NCBI GenBank assembly: GCA_964016885.1
Contig: OZ024742.1
Span: 163,928,001-163,992,000 of the forward strand
DNA length: 64,000 nt
Reading direction: 5' to 3'
Source: Eledone cirrhosa
Lineage: Eukaryota
The notes below the pieces were generated by a model. The model did no database searches and was not told the DNA's origin. It saw nothing but the letters and a program-made list of their open reading frames with translations. Positions 36,801-50,300 of this stretch are shown here, in pieces (the first letter of the stretch is position 1; every line of letters starts with the position of its first letter). The position numbers and the translations under genes were made by a program.

Positions 36801-39800
36801 AAATTATCTCCCCTTGGCTGGCTGGAAATTATCTCCCCTTGGAGGCTGGAATTTATCTCCCCTTGGACGGCTAGAAATTACCTCTCCTTGGACGGCTGGA
36901 AAATATGTCCTTGGACGGCTGGATATTATCTACCCTTGGACGGCTGGAAATTATCTCCCCTTGGACGGCTGGAAATTATCTCCCCTTGGAGGCTGGAATT
37001 TATCTCCCCTTGGACGGCTAGAAATTACCTCTCCTTGGACGGCTGGAAAATATGTCCTTGGACGGCTGGATATTACCTCCCCTTGGACGGCTGGAAATTA
37101 TCTCCCCTTGATTTTTTTTACAAATTATCTCCCCCTGATTTTTTTTACAAATCTAATGATTTTTTAAAAAAAATTATCTCCCCTTCGCTGGCTGGAAATT
37201 ATCTCCCCTTCGCTGGCTGGAAATTATCTCCCCTTGGACGCTGGAAATTATAGCCCCTTGGAGGGCTGGAAATTATCTTCCCTTGGACGGCTGGAAATTA
37301 TCTCCCCTTGGCTCGAAATTATCTCCCCTTGGACGGCTAGAAATTATCTCTCTTTGGACGGCTGGAAATTATCTCCCTTTGATTTTTTTTACAAATTATC
37401 TCCCCCTGATTTTTTTTACAAATCTCCCCCTGATTTTTTAAAAAAAATTATCTCCCCTTCGCTGGCTGGAAATTATCTCCCCTTGGACACTGGAAATTAT
37501 AGCCCCTTGGAGGGCTGGAAATTATCTTCCCTTGGACGGCTGGAAATTATCTCTGCTTGATTTTTTTTACAAATTATCTCCCCCTGATATTTTTTTACAA
37601 ATTATCCCCCCCGATTTTTTTTACAAATTATCTCCCCCTGATTTTTTTTACAAATTATCTCCCCTTGGACGGCTGGAAATTATCTCCCCTTGGACGGCTG
37701 GAAATTATCTCCCCTTGGACGGCTAGAAATTACCTCTCCTTGGACGACTGAAAATTATCTCCCCTTGGACGGCTGCAAATTATCTCCCCTTGATTTTTTT
37801 TACAAATTATCTCCGCCTGATTTTTTTTTTAAAATTATCTCCCCTTGGACGGCTGGAAATTACCTCCCCTTGGACGGCTGGAAATTATCTCCCCTTGGAC
37901 GGCTAGAAATTACCTCTCATTGGACGGCTGAAAATTATCTCCCCTTGGACGGCTGGAAATTATCTCCCCTTGATTTTTTTTACAAATTATCTCCCCCTGA
38001 TTTTTTTTTACAAATTATCTCCCCCTGATTTTTTTTTTACAAATTATCTCCGCCTGATTTTTTTTTAAAATTATCTCTCCTTGGACGGCTGGATATTATC
38101 TCCCCTTTCATTTTTTTTACAAATTATCTCCCCCTGATTTTTTTTTACAAATTATCTCCCCCTGATTTTTTTTTACAAATTATCTACCCCTAATTTTTTT
38201 TTACAAATTATCTCCCCCTGATTTTTTTTACAAATTATCTCCCCCTGATTTTTTTTTTACAAATTATCTCCCCCTGATTTTTTTACAAATTATCTCCCCC
38301 TGATTTTTTTTACAAATTATCTCCGCCTGATTTTTTTAAATATTATCTTCTCTTGGCTGGCGGGAAATTATCTCCCCTTGGACGGCTGAAAATTATCTCC
38401 CCTTGGACGGCTGGAAATTATCTCCCCTTGATTTTTTTTACAAATTATCTCCCCTTTATTTTTTTTTACAAATTATCTCCCCCTGATTTTTTTTTACAAA
38501 TTATCTACCCCTGATTTTTTTTTACAAATTATCTCCCCCTGATTTTTTTTACAAATTATCTCTCCCTGATTTTTTTTTACAAATTATCTCCCCCTGATTT
38601 TTTTTTACAAATTATCTACCCCTGATTTTTTTTTACAAATTATCTCCCCCTGATTTTTTTTACAAATTATCTCCCCCTGATTTTTTTTACAAATTATCTC
38701 CCCCTGATTTTTTTACAAATTATCTCCCCCCGATTTTTTTTACAAATTATCTCCGCCTAATTTTTTTAAATATTATCTTCCCTTGGCTGGCGGGAAATTA
38801 TCTCCCCTTGGACGGCTGAAAATTATCTCCCCTTGGACGGCTGGAAATTATCTCCCCTTGATTTTTTTACAAATTATCTCCCCCTGATTATTTTTTACAA
38901 ATTATCTCCCCCTGATTTTTTTTTACAAATTATCTCCCTCTGATTTTTTTTACAAATTATCTCCCCTTGGCTGGCTGGAAATTATCTCCCCTTGGAGGCT
39001 GGAATTTATCTCCACTTGGACGGTTAGAAATTACCTCTCCTTGGACTGCTGGAAAATATGTCTCCTTGGACGGCTGGAAATTATCTCCCCTTGGACGGCT
39101 GGAAATTATCTCCCCTTGGAGGGCTGGAAATTATCTCTCCTCGGACGACTAGAAATTACCTCTCCTTGGACAGCTGAAAATTATCTCCCCTTGGACGGCT
39201 GGAAATTATCTCCCCTTGATTTTTTTTACAAATTATCTCCCCGATTTTTTTTTACAAATTATCTCCCCCTGATTTTTTTTTACAAATTATCTCCCCCTGA
39301 TTTTTTTTACAAATTATCTCCCCCTGATATTTTTTACAAATTATCTCCCCCTGATTTTTTAACAAATTATCTCCCCTTGGCTGGCTGGAAATTATCTCCC
39401 CTTGGAGGCTGGAATTTATCTCCCCTTGGACGGCTAGAAATTACCTCGCCTTGGACGGCTGGAAAATATGTCTCCTTGGACGGCTGGAAATTATCTCCCC
39501 TTGGACGGCTGGAAATTATCTCCCCTTGGACGGCTGGAAATTATCTCCCTTTGGACGGCTAGATATTACCTCCCCTTGGACGGCTGGAAATTATCTCCCC
39601 TTGATTTTTTTTACAAATTATCTCCCCCTGATTTTTTTTTACAAATTATCTCCCCCTGATTTTTTTTTACGAATTATCTCCCCCTGATTTTTTTTTACAA
39701 ATTATCTCCGCCTGATTTTTTTTTTAAAATTATCTCCCCTTGAACGGCTGGAAATTATCTCCCCTTGGACGGCTGGAAATTATCTCCCCTTGGACGGCTA

Positions 39801-41569
39801 GAAATTACCTCTCCTTGGACGGCTGAAAATTATCTCCCCTTGGACGGCTGCAAATTATCTCCCCTTGATTTTTTAACAAATTATCTCCCCCTGATTTTTT
39901 TTTACAAATTATCTCCCCCTGATTTTTTTTTACAAATTATCTACGCCTAATTTTTTTTACAAATTATCTCCCCCTGATTTTTTTTTACAAATTATCTCCC
40001 CCTGATTTTTTTTACAAATTATCTCCCCCTGATTTTTTTTTACAAATTATTTCCCCCTGATTTTTTTACAAATTATCTCCCCCCTGATTTTTTTTACAAT
40101 CTCCGCCTGATTTTTTTAAAAATTATCTTGCCTTGGCTGGCGGGAAATTATCTCCCCTTGGACGGCTGGAAATTATATCCCCTTGGACGGCTGGAAATTA
40201 CCTCCCCTTGGACAGCTGGAAATTATCTGCCCTTGATTTTGTTTTTACAAATTATCTCCCCCTGATTTTTTTTACAAATTATCTCCACCTGATTTTTTAA
40301 AAAATTATCTCCCCTTGGACGGCTGGAAATTATCTCCCCTTGATTTTTTTTACAAATTATCTCCCCCTGATTTTTTTTTACAAATTATCTCCCCCTGATT
40401 TTTTTTTACAAATTATCTCCCCCTGATTTTTTTTTACAAATTATCTGCCCCTGATTTTTTTTACAAATTATCTCCCCCTGATTTTTTTACAAATTATCTC
40501 CCCTTGGCTGGCTGGAAATTATCTCCCCTTGGAGGCTGGAATTTATCTCCCCTTGGACGGCTAGAAATTACCTCTCCTTGGACGGCTGGAAAATATTTCT
40601 CCTTGGACGGCTGGATATTATCTACCCTTGGACGGGTGGAAATTATCTCCCCTTGGACGGCTGGAAATTATCTCCCCTTGGACGGCTAGATATTACCTCC
40701 CCTTGGACGACTGGAAATTATCTCCCCTTGATTTTTTTTACAAATTATCTCCCCCTGATTTTTTTTTTACAAATTATCTCCCCCTGATTTTTTTTACAAA
40801 TTATCTCCGCCTGATTTTTTTAAATATTATCTTCTCTTGGCTGGCGGGAAATTATCTCCCCTTGGACGGCTGAAAATTATCTCCCCTTGGACGGCTGGAA
40901 ATTATCTCCCCTTGATTTTTTTTACAAATTATCTCCCCCTGATTTTTTTTTACAAATTATCTCCCCCTGATTTTTTTTTACAAATTATCTCCCCCTGATT
41001 TTTTTTTTACAAATTATCTCCCCCTGATTTATTTACAAATTATCTCCCCCTGATTTTTTTTACAAATTATCTCCGCCTGATTTTTTTAAATATTATCTTC
41101 TCTTGGCTGGCGGGAAATTATCTCCCCTTGGACGGCTGAAAATTATCTCCCCTTGGACGGCTGGAAATTATCTCCCCTTGATTTTTTTTACAAATTATCT
41201 CCCCCTGATTTTTTTTTACAAATTATCTCCCCCTGATTTTTTTTTACAAATTATCTCCCCCTGATTTTTTTTTACAAATTATCTCCCCCTGATTTTTTTT
41301 ACAAATTATCTCCCCCTGATTTTTTTACAAATTATCTCCCCTTGGCTGGCTGGAAATTATCTCCCCTTGGAGGCTGGAATTTATCTCCCCTTGGACGGCT
41401 AGAAATTACCTCTCCTTGGACGGCTGGAAAATATGTCCTTGGACGGCTGGATATTATCTACCCTTGGACGGCTGGAAATTATCTCCCCTTGGACGGCTGG
41501 AAATTATCTCCCCTTGGACGGCTAGATATTACCTCCCCTTGGACGGCTGGAAATTATCTCCCCTTGATT

Positions 41570-44500
41570 TTTTTTACAAATTATCTCCCCCTGATTTTTT
41601 TTTACAAATTATCTCCCCCTGATTTTTTTTTACAAATTATCTACCCCTGATTTTTTTTTACAAATTATCTCCCCCTGATTTTTTTTACAAATTATCTCTC
41701 CCTGATTTTTTTTTACAAATTATCTCCCCCTGATTTTTTTTTACAAATTATCTACCCCTGATTTTTTTTTACAAATTATCTCCCCCTGATTTTTTTTACA
41801 AATTATCTCCCCCTGATTTTTTTTACAAATTATCTCCCCCTGATTTTTTTACAAATTATCTCCCCCCGATTTTTTTTACAAATTATCTCCGCCTAATTTT
41901 TTTAAATATTATCTTCCCTTGGCTGGCGGGAAATTATCTCCCCTTGGACGGCTGAAAATTATCTCCCCTTGGACGGCTGGAAATTATCTCCCCTTGATTT
42001 TTTTACAAATTATCTCCCCCTGATTATTTTTTACAAATTATCTCCCCCTGATTTTTTTTTACAAATTATCTCCCTCTGATTTTTTTTACAAATTATCTAC
42101 CCTTGGCTGGCTGAAAATTATCTCCCCTTGGAGGCTGGAATTTATCTCCCCTTGGACGGTTAGAAATTACCTCTCCTTGGACTGCTGGAAAATATGTCTC
42201 CTTGGACGGCTGGAAATTATCTCCCCTTGGACGGCTGGAAATTATCTCCCCTTAGACGGCTGGAAATTATCTCTCCTCGGACGACTAGAAATTACCTCTC
42301 CTTGGACAGCTGAAAATTATCTCCCCTTGGACGGCTGGAAATTATCTCCCCTTGATTTTTTTTACAAATTATCTCCCCCTGATTTTTTTTTACAAATTAT
42401 CTCCCCCTGATTTTTTTTACAAATTATCTCCCCCTGATATTTTTTACAAATTATCTCCCCCTGATTTTTTTACAAATTATCTCCCCTTGGCTGGCTGGAA
42501 ATTATCTCCCTTTGGAGGCTGGAATTTATCTCCCCTTGGACGGCTAGAAATTACCTCGCCTTGGACGGCTGGAAAAAATGTCTCCTTGGACGGCTGGAAA
42601 TTATCTCCCCTTGGACGGCTGGAAATTATCTCCCCTTGGACGGCTGGAAATTATCTCCCCTTGGACGGCTAGATATTACCTCCCCTTGGACGGCTGGAAA
42701 TTATCTCCCCTTGATTTTTTTTACAAATTATCTCCCCCTGATTTTTTTTTACAAATTATCTCCCCCTGATTTTTTTTTACGAATCATCTCCCCCTGATTT
42801 TTTTTTACAAATTATCTCCGCCTGATTTTTTTTTAAAAATTATCTCCCCTTGAACGGCTGGAAATTATCTCCCCTTGGACGGCTGGAAATTATCTCCCCT
42901 TGGACGGCTAGAAATTACCTCTCCTTGGACGGCTGAAAATTATCTCCCCTTGAACGGCTGCAAATTATCTCCCCTTGATTTTTTAACAAATTATCTCCCC
43001 CTGATTTTTTTTTACAAATTATCTCCCCCTGATTTTTTTTTACAAATTATCTACGCCTAATTTTTTTTACAAATTATCTCCCCCTGATTTTTTTTTACAA
43101 ATTATCTCCCCCTGATTTTTTTTACAAATTATCTCCCCCTGATTTTTTTTTACAAATTATTTCCCCCTGATTTTTTTACAAATTATCTCCCCTCTGATTT
43201 TTTTACAATCTCCGCCTGATTTTTTTAAAAATTATCTTCCCTTGGCTGGCGGGAAATTATCTCCCCTTGGACGGCTGGAAATTATATCCCCTTGGACGGC
43301 TGGAAATTACCTCCCCTTGGACAGCTGGAAATTATCTGCCCTTGATTTTGTTTTTACAAATTATCTCCCCCTGATTTTTTTTACAAATTATCTCCACCTG
43401 ATTTTTAAAAAAATTATCTCCCCTTGGACGGCTGGAAATTATCTCCCCTTGATTTTTTTACAAATTATCTCCCCCTGATTTTTTTTACAAATTATCTCCC
43501 CCTGATTTTTTTTTTACAAATTATCTCCCCCTGATTTTTTTACAAATTATCTCCCCCTGATTTTTTTTACAAATTATCTCCGCCTGATTTTTTAAAATAT
43601 TATCTTCCCTTGGCTGGCGGGAAATTATCTCCCCTTGGACGGCTGAAAATTATCTCCCCTTGGACGGCTGGAAATTATCTCCCCTTGATTTTTTTTACAA
43701 ATTATCTCCCCCTGATTTTTTTTTACAAATTATCTCCCCCTGATTTTTTTTTACAAATTATCTCCACCTGATTTTTTTTTACAAATTATCTGCCCCTGAT
43801 TTTTTTAACAAATTATCTCCCCCTGATTTTTTTACAAATTATCTCCCCTTGGCTGGCTGGAAATTATCTCCCCTTGGAGGCTGGAATTTATCTCCCCTTG
43901 GACGGCTAGAAATTACCTCTCCTTGGACGGCTGGAAAATATTTCTCCTTGGACGGCTGGATATTATCTAACCTTGGACGGGTGGAAATTATCTCCCCTTG
44001 GACGGCTGGAAATTATCTCCCCTTGGACGGCTAGATATTACCTCCCCTTGGACGGCTGGAAATTATCTCCCCTTGATTTTTTTTATAAATTATCTCCCCC
44101 TGATTTTTTTTTTACAAATTATCTCCCCCTGATTTTTTTACAAATTATCTCCTCCTGATTTTTTTTACAAATTATCTCCGCCTGATTTTTTTAAATATTA
44201 TCTTCTCTTGGCTGGCGGGAAATTATCTCCCCTTGGACGGCTGAAAATTATCTCCCCTTGGACGGCTGGAAATTATCTCCCCTTGATTTTTTTTACAAAT
44301 TATCTCCCCCTGATTTTTTTTTACAAATTATCTCCCCCTGATTTTTTTTTACAAATTATCTCCCCATGATTTTTTTTTACAAATTATCTCCCCCTGATTT
44401 TTTTACAAATTATCTCCCCTTAGCTGGCTGGAAATTATCTCCCCTTGGAGGCTGGAAATTATCTCCCCTTGGACGGCTAGAAATTACCTCTCCTTGGACG

Positions 44501-47320
44501 GCTGGAAAATATGTCCTTGGACGGCTGGATATTATCTACCCTTGGACGGCTGGAAATTATCTCCCCTTGGACGGCTGGAAATTATCTCCCCTTGGACGGC
44601 TAGATATTAGCTCCCCTTGGACGGCTGGAAATTATCTCCCCTTGATTTTTTTTACAAATTATCTCCCCCTGATTTTTTTTTACAAATTATCTCCCCCTGA
44701 TTTTTTTTTACAAATTATCTACCCCTGATTTTTTTTTACAAATTATCTCCCCCTGATTTTTTTTACAAATTATCTCTCCCTGATTTTTTTTTACAAATTA
44801 TCTCCCCCTGATTTTTTTTTACAAATTATCTCCCCCTGATTTTTTTTTACAAATTATCTCCCCCTGATTTTTTTTTACAAATTATCTACCCCTGATTTTT
44901 TTTTACAAATTATCTCCCCCTGATTTTTTTTACAAATTATCTCTCCCTGATTTTTTTTTACAAATTATCTCCCCCTGATTTTTTTTTACAAATTATCTAC
45001 CCCTGATTTTTTTTTACAAATTATCTCCCCCTGATTTTTTTTACAAATTATCTCCCCCTGATTTTTTTTACAAATTATCTCCCCCTGATTTTTTTACAAA
45101 TTATCTCCCCCCGATTTTTTTTACAAATTATCTCCGCCTAATTTTTTTAAATATTATCTTCCCTTGGCTGGCGGGAAATTATCTCCCCTTGGACGGCTGA
45201 AAATTATCTCCCCTTGGACGGCTGGAAATTATCTCCCCTTGATTTTTTTACAAATTATCTCCCCCTGATTATTTTTTACAAATTATCTCCCCCTGATTTT
45301 TTTTTACAAATTATCTCCCTCTGATTTTTTTTACAAATTATCTACCCTTGGCTGGCTGAAAATTATCTCCCCTTGGAGGCTGGAATTTATCTCCCCTTGG
45401 ACGGTTAGAAATTACCTCTCCTTGGACTGCTGGAAAATATGTCTCCTTGGACGGCTGGAAATTATCTCCCCTTGGACGGCTGGAAATTATCTCCCCTTAG
45501 ACGGCTGGAAATTATCTCTCCTCGGACGACTAGAAATTACCTCTCCTTGGACAGCTGAAAATTATCTCCCCTTGGACGGCTGGAAATTATCTCCCCTTGA
45601 TTTTTTTTACAAATTATCTCCCCCTGATTTTTTTTTACAAATTATCTCCCCCTGATTTTTTTTACAAATTATCTCCCCCTGATATTTTTTACAAATTATC
45701 TCCCCCTGATTTTTTTACAAATTATCTCCCCTTGGCTGGCTGGAAATTATCTCCCTTTGGAGGCTGGAATTTATCTCCCCTTGGACGGCTAGAAATTACC
45801 TCGCCTTGGACGGCTGGAAAAAATGTCTCCTTGGACGGCTGGAAATTATCTCCCCTTGGACGGCTGGAAATTATCTCCCCTTGGACGGCTGGAAATTATC
45901 TCCCCTTGGACGGCTAGATATTACCTCCCCTTGGACGGCTGGAAATTATCTCCCCTTGATTTTTTTTACAAATTATCTCCCCCTGATTTTTTTTTACAAA
46001 TTATCTCCCCCTGATTTTTTTTTACGAATCATCTCCCCCTGATTTTTTTTTACAAATTATCTCCGCCTGATTTTTTTTTAAAAATTATCTCCCCTTGAAC
46101 GGCTGGAAATTATCTCCCCTTGGACGGCTGGAAATTATCTCCCCTTGGACGGCTAGAAATTACCTCTCCTTGGACGGCTGAAAATTATCTCCCCTTGAAC
46201 GGCTGCAAATTATCTCCCCTTGATTTTTTAACAAATTATCTCCCCCTGATTTTTTTTTACAAATTATCTCCCCCTGATTTTTTTTTACAAATTATCTACG
46301 CCTAATTTTTTTTACAAATTATCTCCCCCTGATTTTTTTTTACAAATTATCTCCCCCTGATTTTTTTTACAAATTATCTCCCCCTGATTTTTTTTTACAA
46401 ATTATTTCCCCCTGATTTTTTTACAAATTATCTCCCCTCTGATTTTTTTACAATCTCCGCCTGATTTTTTTAAAAATTATCTTCCCTTGGCTGGCGGGAA
46501 ATTATCTCCCCTTGGACGGCTGGAAATTATATCCCCTTGGACGGCTGGAAATTACCTCCCCTTGGACAGCTGGAAATTATCTGCCCTTGATTTTGTTTTT
46601 ACAAATTATCTCCCCCTGATTTTTTTTACAAATTATCTCCACCTGATTTTTAAAAAAATTATCTCCCCTTGGACGGCTGGAAATTATCTCCCCTTGATTT
46701 TTTTACAAATTATCTCCCCCTGATTTTTTTTACAAATTATCTCCCCCTGATTTTTTTTTTACAAATTATCTCCCCCTGATTTTTTTACAAATTATCTCCC
46801 CCTGATTTTTTTTACAAATTATCTCCGCCTGATTTTTTTAAATATTATCTTCCCTTGGCTGGCGGGAAATTATCTCCCCTTGGACGGCTGAAAATTATCT
46901 CCCCTTGGACGGCTGGAAATTATCTCCCCTTGATTTTTTTTACAAATTATCTCCCCCTGATTTTTTTTTACAAATTATCTCCCCCTGATTTTTTTTTACA
47001 AATTATCTCCACCTGATTTTTTTTTACAAATTATCTGCCCCTGATTTTTTTAACAAATTATCTCCCCCTGATTTTTTTACAAATTATCTCCCCTTGGCTG
47101 GCTGGAAATTATCTCCCCTTGGAGGCTGGAATTTATCTCCCCTTGGACGGCTAGAAATTACCTCTCCTTGGACGGCTGGAAAATATTTCTCCTTGGACGG
47201 CTGGATATTATCTAACCTTGGACGGGTGGAAATTATCTCCCCTTGGACGGCTGGAAATTATCTCCCCTTGGACGGCTAGATATTACCTCCCCTTGGACGG
47301 CTGGAAATTATCTCCCCTTG
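41570..47320 (+). repeat. Higher-order duplication, offset 3,245 bp (~41570-44075 repeated at ~44815-47320)
   Basis: Pairs 42177/45422, 42561/45806, 42875/46120, 43242/46487 and 43849/47094. Confidence 0.88.
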
Positions 47321-50300
47321 ATTTCTTTTACAAATTATCTCCCCCTGATTTTTTTTTTACAAATTATCTCCCCCTGATTTTTTTACAAATTATCTCCCCC
47401 TGATTTTTTTACAAATTATCTCCCCCTGATTTTTTTTACAAATTATCTCCGCCTGATTTTTTTAAATATTATCTTCCCTTGGCTGGCGGGAAATTATCTC
47501 CCCTTGGACGGCTGAAAATTATCTCCCCTTGGACGGCTGGAAATTATCTCCCCTTGATTTTTTTTACAAATTATCTCCCCCTGATTATTTTTTACAAATT
47601 ATCTTTCTCTGATTTTTTTTTACAAATTATCTCACCCTGATTTTTTTTACAAATTATCTCCCCCTGATTTTTTTACAAATTATCTCCCCTTGGCTGGCTG
47701 GAAATTATCTCCCCTTGGAGGCTGGAATTTATCTCCCCTTGGACGGCTGGAAATTATCTCTCCTTGGACGGCTAGTAATTACCTCTCCTTGGACGGCTGG
47801 AAAATATGTCTCGTTGGAGGGCTGGAAATTATCTCCCCTTGGACGGCTGGAAATTATCTCCCCTTGGACGGCTGGAAATTATCTCTCCTTGGACGGCTAG
47901 AAATTACTTCTCCTTGGACGGCTGAAAATTATCTCTCCTTGGACGGCTGGAAATTATCTCCCCTTGGACGGCTAGATATTACCTCCCCTTGGACGGCTGG
48001 AAATTATCTCCCCTTGATTTTTTTTACAAATTATCTCCCCCTGATTTTTTTTACAAATTATCTCCACCTGATTTTTTTACAAATTATCTCCCCCTGATTT
48101 TTTTTACAAATTATCTCCGCCTAATTTTTTTAAATATTATCTTCCCTTGGCTGGCGGGAAATTATCTCCCCTTGGACGGCTGAAAATTATCTCCCCTTGG
48201 ACGGCTGGAAATTATCTCCCCTTGATTTTTTATACAAATTATCTCCCCCTGATTTTTTTTTACAAATTATCTCCCCCTGATTTTTTTTTACAAATTATCT
48301 CCCCCTGATTTTTTTTACAAATTATCTCCCCTTGGCTGGCTGGAAATTATCTCCCCTTGGAGGCTGGAATTTATCTCCCCTTGGACGGCTAGAAATTACC
48401 TCTCCTTGGACGGCTGGAAAATATGTCCTTGGACGGCTGGATATTATCTACCCTTGGACGGCTGGAAATTATCTCCCCTTGGACGGCTGGAAATTATCTC
48501 CCCTTGGACGGCTAGATATTACCTCCCCTTGGACGGCTGGAAATTATCTCCCCTTGATTTTTTTTACAAATTATCTCCCCCTGATTTTTTTTACAAATCT
48601 AATGATTTTTTAAAAAAAATTATCTCCCCTTCGCTGGCTGGAAATTATCTCCCCTTCGCTGGCTGGAAATTATCTCCCCTTGGACGCTGGAAATTATAGC
48701 CCCTTGGAGGGCTGGAAATTATCTTCCCTTGGACGGCTGGAAATTATCTCCCCTTGGCTCGAAATTATCTCCCCTTGGACGGCTAGAAATTATCTCTCTT
48801 TGGACGGCTGGAAATTATCTCCCTTTGATTTTTTTTACAAATTATCTCCCCCTGATTTTTTTTACAAATCTCCCCCTGATTTTTTAAAAAAAATTATCTC
48901 CCCTTCGCTGGCTGGAAATTATCTCCCCTTGGACACTGGAAATTATAGCCCCTTGGAGGGCTGGAAATTATCTCCCCTTGGACGGCTAGAAATTACCTCT
49001 CATTGGACGGCTGAAAATTATCTCCCCTTGGACGGCTGGAAATTATCTCCCCTTGATTTTTTTTACAAATTATCTCCCCCTGATTTTTTTTTACAAATTA
49101 TCTCCCCCTGATTTTTTTTTTACAAATTATCTCCGCCTGATTTTTTTTTAAAATTATCTCTCCTTGGACGGCTGGATATTATCTCCCCTTTCATTTTTTT
49201 TACAAATTATCTCCCCCTGATTTTTTTTTACAAATTATCTTCCCCTGATTTTTTTTTACAAATTATCTACCCCTAATTTTTTTTTACAAATTATCTCCCC
49301 CTGATTTTTTTTACAAATTATCTCCCCCTGATTTTTTTTTTACAAATTATCTCCCCCTGATTTTTTTACAAATTATCTCCCCCTGATTTTTTTTACAAAT
49401 TATCTCCGCCTGATTTTTTTAAATATTATCTTCTCTTGGCTGGCGGGAAATTATCTCCCCTTGGACGGCTGAAAATTATCTCCCCTTGGACGGCTGGAAA
49501 TTATCTCCCCTTGATTTTTTTTACAAATTATCTCCCCCTGATTTTTTTTTACAAATTATCTCCCCCTGATTTTTTTTTACAAATTATCTCCCCCTGATTT
49601 TTTTTTACAAATTATCTCCCCCTGATTTTTTTTACAAATTATCTCCCCCTGATTTTTTTACAAATTATCTCCCCTTGGCTGACTGGAAATTATCTCCCCT
49701 TGGAGGCTGGAATTTATCTCCCCTTGGACGGCTAGAAATTACCTCTCCTTGGACGGCTGGAAAATATGTCCTTGGACGGCTGGATATTATCTACCCTTGG
49801 ACGGCTGGAAATTATCTCCCCTTGGACGGCTGGAAATTATCTCCCCTTGGACGGCTAGATATTACCTCCCCTTGGACGGCTGGAAATTATCTCCCCTTGA
49901 TTTTTTTTACAAATTATCTCCCCCTGATTTTTTTTTACAAATTATCTCCCCCTGATTTTTTTTTACAAATTATCTACCCCTGATTTTTTTTTACAAATTA
50001 TCTCCCCCTGATTTTTTTTACAAATTATCTCTCCCTGATTTTTTTTTACAAATTATCTCCCCCTGATTTTTTTTTACAAATTATCTCCCTCTGATTTTTT
50101 TTACAAATTATCTCCCCTTGGCTGGCTGAAAATTATCTCCCCTTGGAGGCTGGAATTTATCTCCCCTTGATTTTTTTTACAAATTATCTCCCCCTGATTT
50201 TTTTTTACAAATTATCTCCCCCTGATTTTTTTTTACAAATTATCTCCCTCTGATTTTTTTTACAAATTATCTCCCCTTGGCTGGCTGAAAATTATCTCCC

